DNA of 64,000 nt from Candidatus Saccharimonadales bacterium (GCA_035479795.1 DATIII010000008.1:94487-158486), one strand, 5' to 3'; positions 26,066-37,930 are shown, counted from the stretch's first letter. Numbers and translations: made by a program. The notes: generated from the letters alone by a model not told the origin.

Positions 26066-26994
26066 CAGGCCACCTCTTCGATTTTAGATAGTTGACGGGC
26101 TCCGCGGGCCAAAAATCCGTAGCCGACGGCGATTATCAACAGGAGAAAATAAACAATACCAAGTATGCCCGATAGGCCCATGGCGGCTAAGGCGGGGCCG
26201 ACGGCGGTAAGGAACTGGCCCATAATCGAAACCACCACAACGGTCGCTAGGCCGATCGCCAAGGAACTGAATGCCTGCCGGTAAATTACACCCTTAACCC
26301 GCAATCGATACTCCATTATATTGGTGGTTGCCAATAGACCGAGCAGCCAGGTAATGCCATACGGGAGCACAATGGTCAGGATAATCAGCCAGTCCGGCAA
26401 GAAATACGACGAAAACTTATTAATGTCCGGCGTATCGCTGCGGTAGCTATTACCAAACAGAGTCAAAGCATAGACGGCGGTCATTACGACTGCTATTAAC
26501 GCCGCTGCCTGTCGATTACGACGGAGCGACTTATGTTGATTAGCCCGGACCAAACTTTGACTACCCCGAAAAATCTGGAAAAAGGCCACCAGCGGCAAAA
26601 ATACGGCCACGTATTCGCTCAATATCCGCCACCCGGCACCCGCTCCCAACTGCACCATAGCGGAGTTGAAGGCCGATATCATACTGCCCACTATCAAGCT
26701 AAAAACCAAGATCAGCACACCATCGGCAAAGCGGCGAAAGTTGCCTCCCTCCTTAGTCTCCCGAAGCAGCGTAGCGTAGCGTGACACACCTAGTGAACTG
26801 TAAATGGCCAGCATCCAAATAATGAAAATGGGGATTAATAGTGACAGAATCAACAGCCGAATGTCACCGGCGCTCAGACCATAATTGGTGGCGTTGGGAT
26901 TCTGGGGTGTTACAAACGAGACAGTAGTATAAACCGCAGCGGCCACCAACCCGGCAACGTAGGGAAAGAGAGATTTATCCCCGGACTTTTGCAT
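26065..26994 (-). CDS. polytopic (about 8 TM) membrane protein
   Basis: Hydrophobicity pattern; lies within the signalling cluster. Confidence 0.8.
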   Translation of the reverse strand: MQKSGDKSLFPYVAGLVAAAVYTTVSFVTPQNPNATNYGLSAGDIRLLILSLLIPIFIIWMLAIYSSLGVSRYATLLRETKEGGNFRRFADGVLILVFSLIVGSMISAFNSAMVQLGAGAGWRILSEYVAVFLPLVAFFQIFRGSQSLVRANQHKSLRRNRQAAALIAVVMTAVYALTLFGNSYRSDTPDINKFSSYFLPDWLIILTIVLPYGITWLLGLLATTNIMEYRLRVKGVIYRQAFSSLAIGLATVVVVSIMGQFLTAVGPALAAMGLSGILGIVYFLLLIIAVGYGFLARGARQLSKIEEVA

Positions 26995-27047
26995 GAAGCG
27001 CTTCCTTTTTTGCTAATTATACAATAGTACTAGATTTTTTAAAATGC

Positions 27048-29015
27048 TTATGGTTTGCTGGCTGGCGGTTCCAGAACGCTTTGCGCATTTGGCTTTTTCG
27101 GCGGTTCCAGGGGCAGCTCCAGTGTGAAGATAGTCCCCTTGCCTACGGTAGAGTCGACCATCAGCTTGCCGTGATGTAGTAAAACGATGTTCCGGGTCAA
27201 ATACAGGCCTAAGCCCGTGCCGCCGCGTTGAGTTGATAGCCTATTGTCAATGCGCGAGAAACGCTTAAAAAGCTTCGAAATATCAACTTTAGCAATACCA
27301 ACACCACTGTCGCTAACTACCACTTGCAGCTTTTGCTTCGATTGCGAAAGTACGACGGTGATTTTTCCACCATCGGGAGTGTATTTACTAGCATTGGACA
27401 CCAAGTTGTCTACCACCATACGGATCAGTTTCGGGTCCAACGTGGCTTTGACATCGCCGGCTGGTAGATCCAGTTCAATCTTTTGTTTGCGCTCTTTAAT
27501 CGTAAGTGTCTGCTCATCAACCGTATCCTTGACCAAACCTTTTACATCGGTTGGCAGAAAATCCGGAGTAATGCGGCCGGCATCAATCCGCGCCACGTTC
27601 AACATGTCGTTGACGATTTGGAGCTGACGCTCGTTAGTATCGTAGACTTTCTTCACAAATGATAATTGCTTTGCGGTCAGCTTGCCGGCGTAACCATCGA
27701 TTAGCATCGACACAAAGGCCTTAACACCGGTAGCTGGAGTTCGAAGCTGGTGCGAAGCCAATGACACGAATTCTTCCTTAGCCTCTTCCAGCTGCCGCTC
27801 CTTGGTAATATCACGAAACACCTCAATAGCGCCGATTGGCTTGCCCTTTAAAACCACGGGGGATACCGTAATGGCCGCCGGAAAACTGGTGCCGTTTTTT
27901 CTCCTATACAGCACGGCTTCCGTAACAACTTGACCGGTTGTCAGCGCCTTAGTAATTGGCCGATCGAGTGGGTCTATCTTTGCGCCTTCTTCATCGGCTG
28001 CCTTGATCAGCCCCGGGAACCACTTGCCTTCAACCTCTTCAGGCTTATAACCCAGAGTGGCCAAGCCGGCGGGGTTGATTCGCGATATATTTCCCTTTTC
28101 GTCGATGACTATAAGGCCCTCACCGATACTCGTCAATAAGGCCTCATCACGCAGGCGGCTAGCTTCGGCATGCACCTTCTCCTCACTGAGGTCCTCAAGC
28201 ATATTCAACATAGCCTTTTGAGTATCCTCCGGCGAAGCTGGAGTCTCCCCCGTTCTAAACTCTGCCACTGGAGCTTGATTGCCAATCGGTTTGCCCAACT
28301 GACGCTTAAATTCAATCATTTTCAATTCACGATCAACGGTTAGGCGATTGAGTTTGTCCGCCTCATTTTTAGCATGAGTAATTAATATATTCGCCTCTTC
28401 CAAACTATGAATCATGCCTGAGAGCTGCTTGTTTGCTCGCTCGAGCTCCCTACTGCGATCCTCCAGCTCAAATTTGTTGGTATCAATCAGCCGCTGATCG
28501 AGATAGACCAACACTGATACCACGATTAAACTTATGAGCATTTGTCGCAGGTTGGCTAGCGAATATGGTGTACCGACTATACCAACTGCCTCTAGCAAGC
28601 CCACCGCCACGATGTCGAGCAAGAACAAGCTCATCCAAACGGTACCGACCCGCCGGCCGTGCAAAAAATAGGCCACGACTGGGAACACGAACACCCAGTA
28701 AGTACCGGTATTTTCCAAACCTCCAACTAAAATCAGAAATGTCAGTGACACGCCCAAAATTAGTGTCATTCCCACCGCGGCCGTTTCAACCTGACGTGTC
28801 AAGCGCAGCCATAAAGCATTTAGACTCACCAAGCCGCCCAGACCTAGCTCAAACCAACCCTTAAAGGCTTCCCCACCCCATACGTGAATTACGCCGAAGA
28901 TACCAAAGACGACCACTCCTACCGGGGAAAATCTCCATAGAAGATCATAGCGCTCCCGCTCGGTCTTAGACCGTCGCCGCTCGCGCAAAACTTTTTTGAT
29001 TGCCGGGTCAGTCAT
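27048..29015 (-). CDS. membrane PAS-domain sensor histidine kinase
   Basis: 5-6 TM, coiled coil, PAS/PAC, H-box ASHQLRTP, N-box NLVSNASKY, DSGVGI and GTGLGL. Confidence 0.95.
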   Translation of the reverse strand: MTDPAIKKVLRERRRSKTERERYDLLWRFSPVGVVVFGIFGVIHVWGGEAFKGWFELGLGGLVSLNALWLRLTRQVETAAVGMTLILGVSLTFLILVGGLENTGTYWVFVFPVVAYFLHGRRVGTVWMSLFLLDIVAVGLLEAVGIVGTPYSLANLRQMLISLIVVSVLVYLDQRLIDTNKFELEDRSRELERANKQLSGMIHSLEEANILITHAKNEADKLNRLTVDRELKMIEFKRQLGKPIGNQAPVAEFRTGETPASPEDTQKAMLNMLEDLSEEKVHAEASRLRDEALLTSIGEGLIVIDEKGNISRINPAGLATLGYKPEEVEGKWFPGLIKAADEEGAKIDPLDRPITKALTTGQVVTEAVLYRRKNGTSFPAAITVSPVVLKGKPIGAIEVFRDITKERQLEEAKEEFVSLASHQLRTPATGVKAFVSMLIDGYAGKLTAKQLSFVKKVYDTNERQLQIVNDMLNVARIDAGRITPDFLPTDVKGLVKDTVDEQTLTIKERKQKIELDLPAGDVKATLDPKLIRMVVDNLVSNASKYTPDGGKITVVLSQSKQKLQVVVSDSGVGIAKVDISKLFKRFSRIDNRLSTQRGGTGLGLYLTRNIVLLHHGKLMVDSTVGKGTIFTLELPLEPPKKPNAQSVLEPPASKP

Positions 29016-29052
29016 GGGGTAAGCATAACAGTTTTGCTATCCTGTGGCCAGA

Positions 29053-30498
29053 TTAGCGACCGAGGAATTGCTGCAAAGCCCGCGCCCGAACATCACCGAC
29101 GGCGGCAGACAACTCATCATGGCTCGCCTCTTTAACCCCACGGACGCTGCCAAATTGCTTAATTAGCTTCTTACGCGTGGCTGGGCCAATCCCCGGTACG
29201 TCGTCCAGCTGCGAAGCGGTTTGCCGCTTGCCTCGGAGTAAGCTGTGGTAGGTCACGGCAAAGCGATGGGCCTCATCACGCACCCGCTGGAGGAGCTGGA
29301 GAATGTGCGAGCTGTGGGGAAGTCTAACGACTTCGAAGTTGTTAGTTTTTTCTTCTCGTAACTTAATAATCTCCTCTTCGCGTTTGGCCAGCCCAATCGT
29401 CGGCAAGCTGACCCCAAGCTCGCTCATCACCCCCAGGGCCGCCGCCAGTTGCCCTTTACCACCGTCGATCAAGACTAAATCTGGCTTCGGCCACTGCTCA
29501 AGATTCTTGCCGCTGAATCGCCGCCGCATCACCTCGCGCATGTGCTCAAAATCGTCATTTCCGCCCTTGCGCATCTTGAACCGCCGATACTCTTCCTTAT
29601 GAGCCACACCATCCGTAAAGACAATCATGCTGGCCACATTGTCAGTTCCCTGCAGGTGCGAAATATCGTAAGCTTCAATCCGGCGCGGCAGGCCTTTGAG
29701 CTCCAACAGATCCGCCAAGCCCACCAAGGCCTGGTCACGCGATAGGTCGAATACCTCCTTGTCACCAAAAATCATTTGCTTCGATAGTGCCTGGATATTG
29801 CGTAATTGATTGCGTCGCACTGCCGCCGCCTCAAAATCTTGTTTTTTAGCCGCTGCCGCCATCTCTTTTTCTAGCTGCTTCACGAGCTTGGGCTTTTCCC
29901 CCTTGAAGTACATTTCCAGCCGACGCAAACTGCGCTTATAATCGGCCGATGTAATGGCACCAGCCTCTGGCCCCGGACACAGCCCAATGTGGAAGTGCAG
30001 ACAAGCTCGCGGCGGAGGCGGCGTCATAGAATGCGTTACATAAGGGAAAGCCTTGCGTAAATGCTTGAGTGCCTTGCGAACAGCATCACTCGAAGTATAC
30101 GGGCCAAAGTAATCGACGCAATCGTCCAATGGTCGTCGCACAATCTCCAACACCGGAAATTCATCCTGCATCGGAATGCGGATATAAATCCAGTGCTTAT
30201 CATCTTTAAGGTCAATATTGTATTTGGGCCGGTAGCGCTTAATAAACTCGGATTCCAGAAACAGCGCCTCTACCTCACTATCCACCGTAATCCAGTCAAG
30301 ATCGACAATGTCACCAACCAGCAGTGAAGTTTTGGCGTCACGGTGGCGCGATTGCTGGAAATACGAGCCAACTCGGTTTTTCAGATTAGCCGCCTTGCCA
30401 ATATAAATAATCTTGCCCTTGGCATCCTTATGGAAGTAAACTCCCGGCTCCTTGGGCAACTGCTTTAATTTTTGCACTAATTTATCAGGTTGGGACAT
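29053..30498 (-). CDS. uvrC: excinuclease ABC subunit C
   Basis: GIY-YIG (PGVY...YIGKA), RIEAYDISH, LIDGGKGQ, RDEAHRFA, HhH; start MSQPDK. Confidence 0.97.
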   Translation of the reverse strand: MSQPDKLVQKLKQLPKEPGVYFHKDAKGKIIYIGKAANLKNRVGSYFQQSRHRDAKTSLLVGDIVDLDWITVDSEVEALFLESEFIKRYRPKYNIDLKDDKHWIYIRIPMQDEFPVLEIVRRPLDDCVDYFGPYTSSDAVRKALKHLRKAFPYVTHSMTPPPPRACLHFHIGLCPGPEAGAITSADYKRSLRRLEMYFKGEKPKLVKQLEKEMAAAAKKQDFEAAAVRRNQLRNIQALSKQMIFGDKEVFDLSRDQALVGLADLLELKGLPRRIEAYDISHLQGTDNVASMIVFTDGVAHKEEYRRFKMRKGGNDDFEHMREVMRRRFSGKNLEQWPKPDLVLIDGGKGQLAAALGVMSELGVSLPTIGLAKREEEIIKLREEKTNNFEVVRLPHSSHILQLLQRVRDEAHRFAVTYHSLLRGKRQTASQLDDVPGIGPATRKKLIKQFGSVRGVKEASHDELSAAVGDVRARALQQFLGR

Positions 30499-30560
30499 CT
30501 GTCCTATTTTAGCATTCCATGTTTTAATATTGAGCACGCAACTTCGACAAAGGAGCGGTT

Positions 30561-31112
30561 ATGAAAGGGCTGGCCGGATACCTGCTGCGCAAGGGCCTTA
30601 AGTCCTACCGCGTCGGCTGGGAGGCCACGATCAACGGCCACGAGTTGGCCTGGGTTGTGACCGACTACGGTCGGTTGATTTGCACCTGCGACATCAACCA
30701 AAGTGCTGACTTCGAGATTTACGAAACCCACAATCACTTCCACGATGGCTCGGAGCTGTGCTACTTCAAAGAAGTTGCTGCTCGCCTACGAGCTTTGGAG
30801 CTGCGCCGAGAGCTGGTCGGCAATCAATCCGTATACCACTTCGTCGACGAGGACCTCCAAGCCCTTGTCGACACGTTATACCAGAAATGGCTCAACCACC
30901 AGTTCATCGGCTGCAGTGATAGTGAGGATTGGGGCGCACCGGAAATCTGCGCCGTACTGGGACTTGACCCCTCAGAGCATGATGGCGACTACTTCGCTGG
31001 CGAGGAATATGAGCGCGTTAAGTCCGCCATGTCCAACGCCAAGCGAAAACTCGGAATTTCTGAAGAAGTATGCGGTAATTTTGAACAGCTACCCGGAGAG
31101 CATCATGACTAG
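30561..31112 (+). CDS. hypothetical protein (GC-rich cassette)
   Basis: SD AAAGGAG; 183-aa acidic protein. Confidence 0.7.
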   Translation: MKGLAGYLLRKGLKSYRVGWEATINGHELAWVVTDYGRLICTCDINQSADFEIYETHNHFHDGSELCYFKEVAARLRALELRRELVGNQSVYHFVDEDLQALVDTLYQKWLNHQFIGCSDSEDWGAPEICAVLGLDPSEHDGDYFAGEEYERVKSAMSNAKRKLGISEEVCGNFEQLPGEHHD

Positions 31113-31425
31113 CCCCAGATCTCACGCTTTCGGCGAACTGGTGGATCATGCCCTCTGGGAAAAGGCCATGACTACTACTGAGCTGGCAAGCACGATCGGC
31201 GTTAACCCCGCCACGCTCTACCGTTACTTGGAAGGCTACCTCGAGCCGAAGGCGACTAAAGTCCTGCAGATTTGCGAGCTACTGAACCTGGATGTGCTCC
31301 ATGCATTTCACCTGCTAGGCTGGCTCCCCGATAAGTACGCCGACGAAGTCACAATCATCGCCGCTGCTCACCGCGCCGACCAGATGCTGGCCAAGCTGCG
31401 TACAATGATCGACGACCTGCCGTAA
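31105..31425 (+). CDS. XRE-family HTH transcriptional regulator
   Basis: MTTTELASTIGVNPATLYRYLEG...P...KVLQICELL; start MTSPRS after GGAG. Confidence 0.85.
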   Translation: MTSPRSHAFGELVDHALWEKAMTTTELASTIGVNPATLYRYLEGYLEPKATKVLQICELLNLDVLHAFHLLGWLPDKYADEVTIIAAAHRADQMLAKLRTMIDDLP

Positions 31426-31522
31426 CCAACGGCTAAATTGCCCACTCCAAGGAGCCTGCCTTGGGTGGGCTTCTTTATTTGGGCCCAGCATGGTAGCGTT
31501 AAAGCAATAATAAGGAAGCGCC

Positions 31523-31825
31523 ATGACACCCGAAGCCGCTCCTCAGCCAGCCCCCGAAAATCAATCGGAACATAAAGCTGAAGTTATTCCAATTCGGCCG
31601 GAGGCTACCAAGTGGCCCAGTGACGAATTGGCTCAGGCCGAAATGAAACTAGCCGCTACTCAGCGCTCAGAAAAAGCCAATCTGGCTCGTCCGATTAGCG
31701 AACAGGACCCGATGATGACTCAAATTAGAGAAGAAATCGTTGGCAATCTGACAGATCACATTGCCGATCTGAAGGCCAACCGCACAACCGAAGCCGAAAA
31801 ATCAGACGACCAGATCGCCGCCTGA
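31523..31825 (+). CDS. hypothetical protein
   Basis: SD TAAGGA; 100-aa ORF. Confidence 0.65.
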   Translation: MTPEAAPQPAPENQSEHKAEVIPIRPEATKWPSDELAQAEMKLAATQRSEKANLARPISEQDPMMTQIREEIVGNLTDHIADLKANRTTEAEKSDDQIAA

Positions 31826-31906
31826 TTTAATCATTACAACTATTGACTTTTTAAAGTTTTTATGCTATTATTCTTGTCGCCCAAATTCGATAGAAAGGAA
31901 TTTGAC

Positions 31907-32272
31907 ATGGGCAAGAAGTTGGTCAAGCTGGTTTTGAAAAGGGCTGGCATCACGGCTACCGATCGAGCCATTGAGGCTCTTGAGGACCGTACCAACGAGG
32001 AGAATCGCCAACTGCTTCGGCAGGTCGACATCCTCTGCGGCTGTGTAGTTGCTGCGATGGTTTTGGTCGCGCTAGTAAGCGCCATTTCCATGATCAGTTC
32101 GCAGTCGCTTAGCGGCGTCGGCTTTCTGATCGGCGGCATCGCCAGTGTCTTCATGGCCCTGTGGGCCAGAAGGATGTTTCGCTGGCTGCTCCGTCTGGAG
32201 CAAGCCGGCAAGATGGCCGGGGAGATCAATGAGCTCTGCCGCAACCTATGGCAAAGCCGACACACCATCTAG
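31907..32272 (+). CDS. two-TM hypothetical protein (GC-rich cassette)
   Basis: TTGACT...TGcTATTAT promoter, SD AAAGGA, terminator at 32328-32359. Confidence 0.7.
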   Translation: MGKKLVKLVLKRAGITATDRAIEALEDRTNEENRQLLRQVDILCGCVVAAMVLVALVSAISMISSQSLSGVGFLIGGIASVFMALWARRMFRWLLRLEQAGKMAGEINELCRNLWQSRHTI

Positions 32273-32327
32273 CCGCCCCAGGCGCAAGGTAACCAGAAGA
32301 ACGGTCCGAAATCCGTCGCCCCCTTGC

Positions 32328-32359
32328 AACGCCTCGCAACCCGCGAGGCGTTTTCTTTT
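32328..32359 (+). terminator. intrinsic terminator between convergent genes
   Basis: AACGCCTCGC/GCGAGGCGTT followed by a T-rich tract. Confidence 0.8.
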
Positions 32360-32361
32360 GC

Positions 32362-35217
32362 CTATTTAGTAACGGGTACCTTAGATTTTGTGCCCAACAA
32401 GCGGCGCAGATATTTCCCGGTATGAGAATGATGTACCTCCGCCACCTGCTCGGGAGTACCCTCGGTGATCACCGTACCGCCGCCATCTCCGCCCTCGGGG
32501 CCCATGTCGATCACCCAATCCGCCGACTTAATAATGTCTAGATTGTGTTCGATAACCAAAACGGTATTGCCGCTTTCAACCAACGCATTTAGGACCTCAA
32601 GCAACTTTTTAACATCCTCAAAGTGCAGACCGGTAGTCGGTTCATCCAAGATGTAAAGTGTTCGGCCAGTCGAGCGTCGGGCCAGCTCGGTGGCTAATTT
32701 AATCCGTTGAGCCTCCCCGCCACTGAGCGTGGTGGCCGGCTGGCCCAAGCGAATATAACCTAAGCCCACGCTATTTAGAGTTTCAATTTTACGTTTAATG
32801 GCCGGGATATTTTCAAAGAAGCTAAGTGCCTCTTCAACCGTCATTTCCAGCACATCGGCAATGGTTTTGCTTTTATAGTGGATTTCCAGAGCCTCGCGAT
32901 TGTAGCGCTTGCCCTTACACTCCTCACAGGTTACATAGACGTCTGGCAAGAAGTGCATTTCGATTTTAATAATGCCATCGCCTTTGCAAACCTCACAGCG
33001 GCCGCCCTTGACATTAAAGCTGAAACGGCCGGCCTTATACCCACGAATTTTGGCCTCTGGCGTACCGGCAAATAGTTCACGAATATCGCCGAATACACCG
33101 GTATATGTAGCCGGGTTCGAACGTGGTGTGCGACCAATGGGACTTTGATCAACGCTAATCACTTTATCGAGATTTTTCAGCCCCTCAATATCATCATGTT
33201 TTCCAGGCACATCACCAGCTCGGTGAAAGACCTGGGCCAGTTTTTTAGCCAAAATGTCATTAATCAGGCTGGATTTTCCAGAGCCAGATACACCGGTAAC
33301 CGTCACAAACTGACCCAAAGGAATCTTTACATCAACGCCTTTAAGATTGTGCTCACGAGCATTCTTAATCTCAATACTATTTCCATTACCCTGGCGCCGT
33401 TGGGCTGGCACCGGCAGCTCCAGTTTACCCGCCAGATACTGCCCAGTCAGACTGGTCGGGTGGGCCGTTACCTCATCTGGCGTGCCAGCCGCTACCACCT
33501 CACCGCCGTGCTCACCCGCCATTGGCCCAATATCAATCAGCCAGTCGGCCGTGCGCATGGTATCTTCGTCGTGCTCCACCACAATGACGGTATTGCCCAG
33601 ATCGCGCAGGCGCACCAAGGTCGAAATCAACCGGTCATTGTCGCGTTGATGCAGGCCAATCGACGGCTCATCTAAGATATAGAGCACACCCATCAAGCTG
33701 GACCCAATCTGAGTCGCCAAGCGAATCCGCTGAGCCTCACCACCAGCCAGGGTGTTAGCACTACGATCTAAGGTCAGATAATTCAAGCCAACATCGCCGA
33801 GGAACTGTAGTCGAGCGCGGATTTCTTTCATTATCTGCTGGGCAATCTTTTGATCACGTTCGTTAAAGTCAATTCCATTAAAGAAGCTGCTGGCCGCTTC
33901 GATCGATAGTGTCGTTACATCTACAATCGACTTATCGCCAACCGTTACCGCCAGCATTTCCGGCTTCAGCCGTTTGCCATTACAAACCGGGCACTGGTGC
34001 TCTGCCATGTATTTGGCAATCTCACGCCGTACGAAGTCTGAATCGGTTTCGTGATAACGCCGTTCCAAATTCGGTACCACACCTTCAAAGGTCGTGTGAT
34101 AAGTGCGACCGCCAGGACCACGCATGGTGATGCCCTCATTGCCAGCGCCGTAGAGAATAATTCGTAACTCTTCCGGCTTCATCTGGCTAACTGGCACATC
34201 TATGGAAAAGCCAAAATGTTTGGCGGCGGCTTCAATCAAACGCGTATACCAGGTAACTCGAGCTGTTGTCCTGCTCCAGGGGCGAATAGCCCCTTCGGCC
34301 ACGCTTAGGCGACGATTAGGAATAACTAGCTCCGGATCTACCTCGAGCTTGGTGCCCAAACCGGTGCAGTGAGGGCAGGCCCCATGGGGTGAGTTGAACG
34401 AAAAATTGCGGGGAGCGATGTCGGGTAAACCGACCTCACGGTGCACCGGACAGGCGTAATGTTCGCTGTAGATAGCGATCTTTTCTCCGCCGGCTGGCGG
34501 ATCGGCTTCAAGGATTTTAACCACACCCTCGCCCAGCGCCAGGGCTTGCTCCACCGAATCAATCATGCGTTGGCGCTCCTCCGCCTCCACCGTCATTCGA
34601 TCTACCACTGCCTCGACGGTGTGCTTTTTCTGCTTATCTAGGTCTGGGAATTCAGTAATATCCATGACGATGCCGCCCACTCGCACCCGGCTGTAACCGG
34701 CCTTTTTGAGTTCTTGGACGATCGTCCGATGTTCGCCCTTCTTGTCGTCAACCACCGGTGCCAGAATCATAATCCGCGTCCCCTCCGGCAGCTCCATGAC
34801 CTGTTCGACAATCTGGCCGGAAGTTTGACGAGTAACTTCACGCCCACAAATTGGACAGTGCGGTACGCCCACGCGCGCCCAGAGCAAGCGCATATAGTCA
34901 TAAATTTCGGTCACAGTACCCACCGTCGAGCGCGGATTGCGACTGGAGGATTTTTGATCAATTGAAATGGCCGGGCTCAAGCCGTCAATCTGATCGACGT
35001 CTGGCTTTTCCATTAACCCTAAGAATTGGCGGGCATAGGCACTCAAGCTTTCGACATAGCGCCGTTGGCCTTCGGCGTAGATGGTATCAAAAGCCAGCGA
35101 GGATTTACCTGATCCGGACAGTCCGGTGATAACAACTAATTTGTCACGGGGGATTTCGACATTGATGTTTTTGAGATTGTGCTCACGGGCCCCGCGCACC
35201 ACAATCTTATCCTGCAT
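32362..35217 (-). CDS. uvrA: excinuclease ABC subunit A
   Basis: GAREHNLKN, two Walker A motifs ([18 protein letters not shown]), Zn fingers, LSGGEAQR. Confidence 0.99.
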   Translation of the reverse strand: MQDKIVVRGAREHNLKNINVEIPRDKLVVITGLSGSGKSSLAFDTIYAEGQRRYVESLSAYARQFLGLMEKPDVDQIDGLSPAISIDQKSSSRNPRSTVGTVTEIYDYMRLLWARVGVPHCPICGREVTRQTSGQIVEQVMELPEGTRIMILAPVVDDKKGEHRTIVQELKKAGYSRVRVGGIVMDITEFPDLDKQKKHTVEAVVDRMTVEAEERQRMIDSVEQALALGEGVVKILEADPPAGGEKIAIYSEHYACPVHREVGLPDIAPRNFSFNSPHGACPHCTGLGTKLEVDPELVIPNRRLSVAEGAIRPWSRTTARVTWYTRLIEAAAKHFGFSIDVPVSQMKPEELRIILYGAGNEGITMRGPGGRTYHTTFEGVVPNLERRYHETDSDFVRREIAKYMAEHQCPVCNGKRLKPEMLAVTVGDKSIVDVTTLSIEAASSFFNGIDFNERDQKIAQQIMKEIRARLQFLGDVGLNYLTLDRSANTLAGGEAQRIRLATQIGSSLMGVLYILDEPSIGLHQRDNDRLISTLVRLRDLGNTVIVVEHDEDTMRTADWLIDIGPMAGEHGGEVVAAGTPDEVTAHPTSLTGQYLAGKLELPVPAQRRQGNGNSIEIKNAREHNLKGVDVKIPLGQFVTVTGVSGSGKSSLINDILAKKLAQVFHRAGDVPGKHDDIEGLKNLDKVISVDQSPIGRTPRSNPATYTGVFGDIRELFAGTPEAKIRGYKAGRFSFNVKGGRCEVCKGDGIIKIEMHFLPDVYVTCEECKGKRYNREALEIHYKSKTIADVLEMTVEEALSFFENIPAIKRKIETLNSVGLGYIRLGQPATTLSGGEAQRIKLATELARRSTGRTLYILDEPTTGLHFEDVKKLLEVLNALVESGNTVLVIEHNLDIIKSADWVIDMGPEGGDGGGTVITEGTPEQVAEVHHSHTGKYLRRLLGTKSKVPVTK

Positions 35218-35338
35218 TCCCAGAGTAATTCCTCTCTAAAACAAGAAGTAAGTATACATAAATTTGACCGGTTTATCAAGACTTGAAGGCAAGCAAAAGG
35301 GCTCACTTTCGTGAGCCCAATCGCACCTACGCCTGTGT

Positions 35339-35857
35339 TCATCCCTGGCCGATGACGGCAGATCCATCGATCCAGGTCTTCAGCTTCGGCCATCTCACGA
35401 CGGCCAGGATCAGCATCGGGACCAGCCATAGCCAGCCGACGCCGCCGAAGGCAGTGACGAAGTAGATCAGAGGAACTACCAGTATTGAGACGATCCCATG
35501 GCAAATCACCATGTTGATCGTAACCGCCAGAGGTGAGTTCTTTGAGTAAGCCACCCCGATCCCAGTCAAAGCCAGAACCTCGCCTAGAGTGATCGCTAAG
35601 GCGACAGGGTGATCGAGCCCCAGCGGAAGCCAGAACAGGCCGGCGTACGTCCCCAGGGTGAGGACGAAGTCGCTGATCCCATCGATGTCAACATCTCCCC
35701 CTGCCTTCCCGCTCTTGCGAGCGATCGGGCCATCAATCATGTCGGTAGCCCAACTGGCGCCGGCCAGAGTGGCCGCCAGTTGGTAATTGTGCGCGACCGC
35801 CGCGACGATGATCGGTAGGGCCATGATGGCCCGGGTCACTGAAACAGCATTAGCCAT
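35339..35857 (-). CDS. CDP-alcohol phosphatidyltransferase family protein
   Basis: TDMIDGPIARKSG...DIDGISD motif; TM helices; own promoter, SD GAGGAGG and hairpin 35299-35318. Confidence 0.8.
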   Translation of the reverse strand: MANAVSVTRAIMALPIIVAAVAHNYQLAATLAGASWATDMIDGPIARKSGKAGGDVDIDGISDFVLTLGTYAGLFWLPLGLDHPVALAITLGEVLALTGIGVAYSKNSPLAVTINMVICHGIVSILVVPLIYFVTAFGGVGWLWLVPMLILAVVRWPKLKTWIDGSAVIGQG

Positions 35858-35938
35858 AGCCTTGAACCCTCCTCAGGGTTGGATTGTTAGGTGCGATCGG
35901 AATACTATAGCATAAAAAGTATAAAATTACAAGAGCAG

Positions 35939-37930
35939 CTAGCGCTTTGTGTTTCGAGCGGCTTTTTGGGCTTCCTTTATCTCCTCAATCTGATCGCGCA
36001 GGGCGGCGGCCTTTTCGAACTGGAGATTTTCGGCAGCCAACTCCATCTGCTTGGTCAGCTCACTAACCAAATGCTTGCGCTCATCTTTAGGAATGTCGTC
36101 AATCTTAAATTCCTTAACATCGGCGGTTTCGGCCGCCTGCTCCGAACGCATCCGCTCGGCCAGGGCCTTCTTGATGCCAGCCGGGGTAATGCCGTGCTCA
36201 TTATTGTAGACCTCCTGCAGGGTTCGGCGCTTCTCAGTGGTTTCAATGGCTGCCTGCATTGAACGCGTACGGTTATCGGCGTACATTATAACTCGTCCCT
36301 CCACATGGCGAGCCGCTCGGCCAATAGTTTGAATGAGAGCCGATTCACTGCGCAAAAAGCCCTCCTTATCAGCATCCAGAATCGCCACCAAGCTGACTTC
36401 CGGCAGGTCCAACCCCTCTCGCAGCAGGTTGATGCCGACAACTACATCGTAAACTCCCGATCGGAGATCATGTAGAATATCGACCCGTTCCAGAGTGTCA
36501 ATCTCGGAATGCAAATATTGCACCTTGATGCCTAGCTCCGCCAGGTATTCCGATAAGTCTTCAGCCATGCGTTTGGTAAGAGTCGTAACCAGTACCCGCT
36601 GGCCCTTTTTGACCGTTTCACGGATCTCACTAATGAGATCGTCCACCTGATGGTTTGTCGGGCGCACTTCAATCTGGGGGTCCAGCAGGCCGGTTGGCCT
36701 AATCACCTGTTGCGCCACCTGGCTCGATCGCTTCACCTCCCATTCGGCCGGAGTCGCCGAAACATAGATGGCTTGGTTGATATGGCGTTCGAATTCATCA
36801 AACTTCAATGGCCGGTTATCGAGCGCCGAAGGCAGACGGAAACCGTACTCCACCAGCGTTTCTTTACGTGCCCGGTCGCCATTAAACATCCCCCGCACCT
36901 GCGGAATCGTCATATGGCTTTCGTCGACAAAAAGCAGAAAATCATCTGGGAAATAGTCCAATAAAGTGGCTGGCTGCTCCCCCGGCTCGCGGTTACTTAG
37001 ATACCTGGAATAATTTTCAATGCCGGGTACGAAGCCAGTTTGCTCCATCATTTCAAGGTCAAAATTAGTGCGTTGCTTGAGCCGCTGGGCTTCAAGTAGT
37101 TTATTTTCAGATGCAAGCTGAGCGAGACGAGTTTCGAGATCCACTTTGATCTCCCCAACGGCCTTCATCAACTTTTGATGCGGAGTCACGAAGTGCTTTC
37201 CAGGAAAGATTCTCAAGTTCTGCCGTTCGTTCAAAACCTCACCCGTCAACGGTTCCACCTGTCGAATCCGTTCTACCTCATCGCCAAAAAACTCGATGCG
37301 ATAAGCAACTTCTTCGCCGACCGGAAAAACTTCAACCGTATCGCCACGCACCCGGAAGGTGCCACGGGTGAAGGCAATGTCATTACGGCTGTATTGAATG
37401 TCCGTCAGTAGCCGCAGCAATTTATCCCGTTTGCGCTTCTCACCTTGCTTCACCTCAACCGTCATGGATGTGTAATCTTCCACATTTCCGAGACCATAAA
37501 TACAGCTCACCGAAGCCACAATCAGCACATCTTTACGGGTCAGCAGGCTCATGGTGGCAGCATGCCGCAACCGGTCTATTTCTTCATTAATGGCGCTGTC
37601 TTTTTCGATAAAAGTGTCGCTGCGCGGAATGTAGGCCTCAGGTTGGTAGTAATCGTAGTAACTAACAAAGTACTGGACGGCGTTATCGGGGAAAAACTGC
37701 CGAAATTCGCCGTAGAGCTGGGCTGCTAAAGTCTTGTTGTGGCAAAGAATCAAGGTTGGCTTTTGGACGTTTTGAACAACATTGGCCATGGTAAAGGTCT
37801 TACCGGAACCGGTCACGCCCAGAAGCGTTTGCTCCTTATCGCCCCGCACCAAACCTCCCGAAAGCTGTTTAATTGCTCTCGGCTGATCTCCCGCCGGCTG
37901 ATACTGACTGCTTATCTTAAAATTAGCCAT
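35939..37930 (-). CDS. uvrB: excinuclease ABC subunit B
   Basis: [36 protein letters not shown] and UVR domain. Confidence 0.99.
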   Translation of the reverse strand: MANFKISSQYQPAGDQPRAIKQLSGGLVRGDKEQTLLGVTGSGKTFTMANVVQNVQKPTLILCHNKTLAAQLYGEFRQFFPDNAVQYFVSYYDYYQPEAYIPRSDTFIEKDSAINEEIDRLRHAATMSLLTRKDVLIVASVSCIYGLGNVEDYTSMTVEVKQGEKRKRDKLLRLLTDIQYSRNDIAFTRGTFRVRGDTVEVFPVGEEVAYRIEFFGDEVERIRQVEPLTGEVLNERQNLRIFPGKHFVTPHQKLMKAVGEIKVDLETRLAQLASENKLLEAQRLKQRTNFDLEMMEQTGFVPGIENYSRYLSNREPGEQPATLLDYFPDDFLLFVDESHMTIPQVRGMFNGDRARKETLVEYGFRLPSALDNRPLKFDEFERHINQAIYVSATPAEWEVKRSSQVAQQVIRPTGLLDPQIEVRPTNHQVDDLISEIRETVKKGQRVLVTTLTKRMAEDLSEYLAELGIKVQYLHSEIDTLERVDILHDLRSGVYDVVVGINLLREGLDLPEVSLVAILDADKEGFLRSESALIQTIGRAARHVEGRVIMYADNRTRSMQAAIETTEKRRTLQEVYNNEHGITPAGIKKALAERMRSEQAAETADVKEFKIDDIPKDERKHLVSELTKQMELAAENLQFEKAAALRDQIEEIKEAQKAARNTKR

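Noticed and set aside
30703-31104. Long overlapping N-terminal extension or frameshift fusion of the XRE protein
   Set aside because: Ser/Thr-rich off-frame shadow of the upstream GC-rich gene; a good SD and ATG exist at 31105
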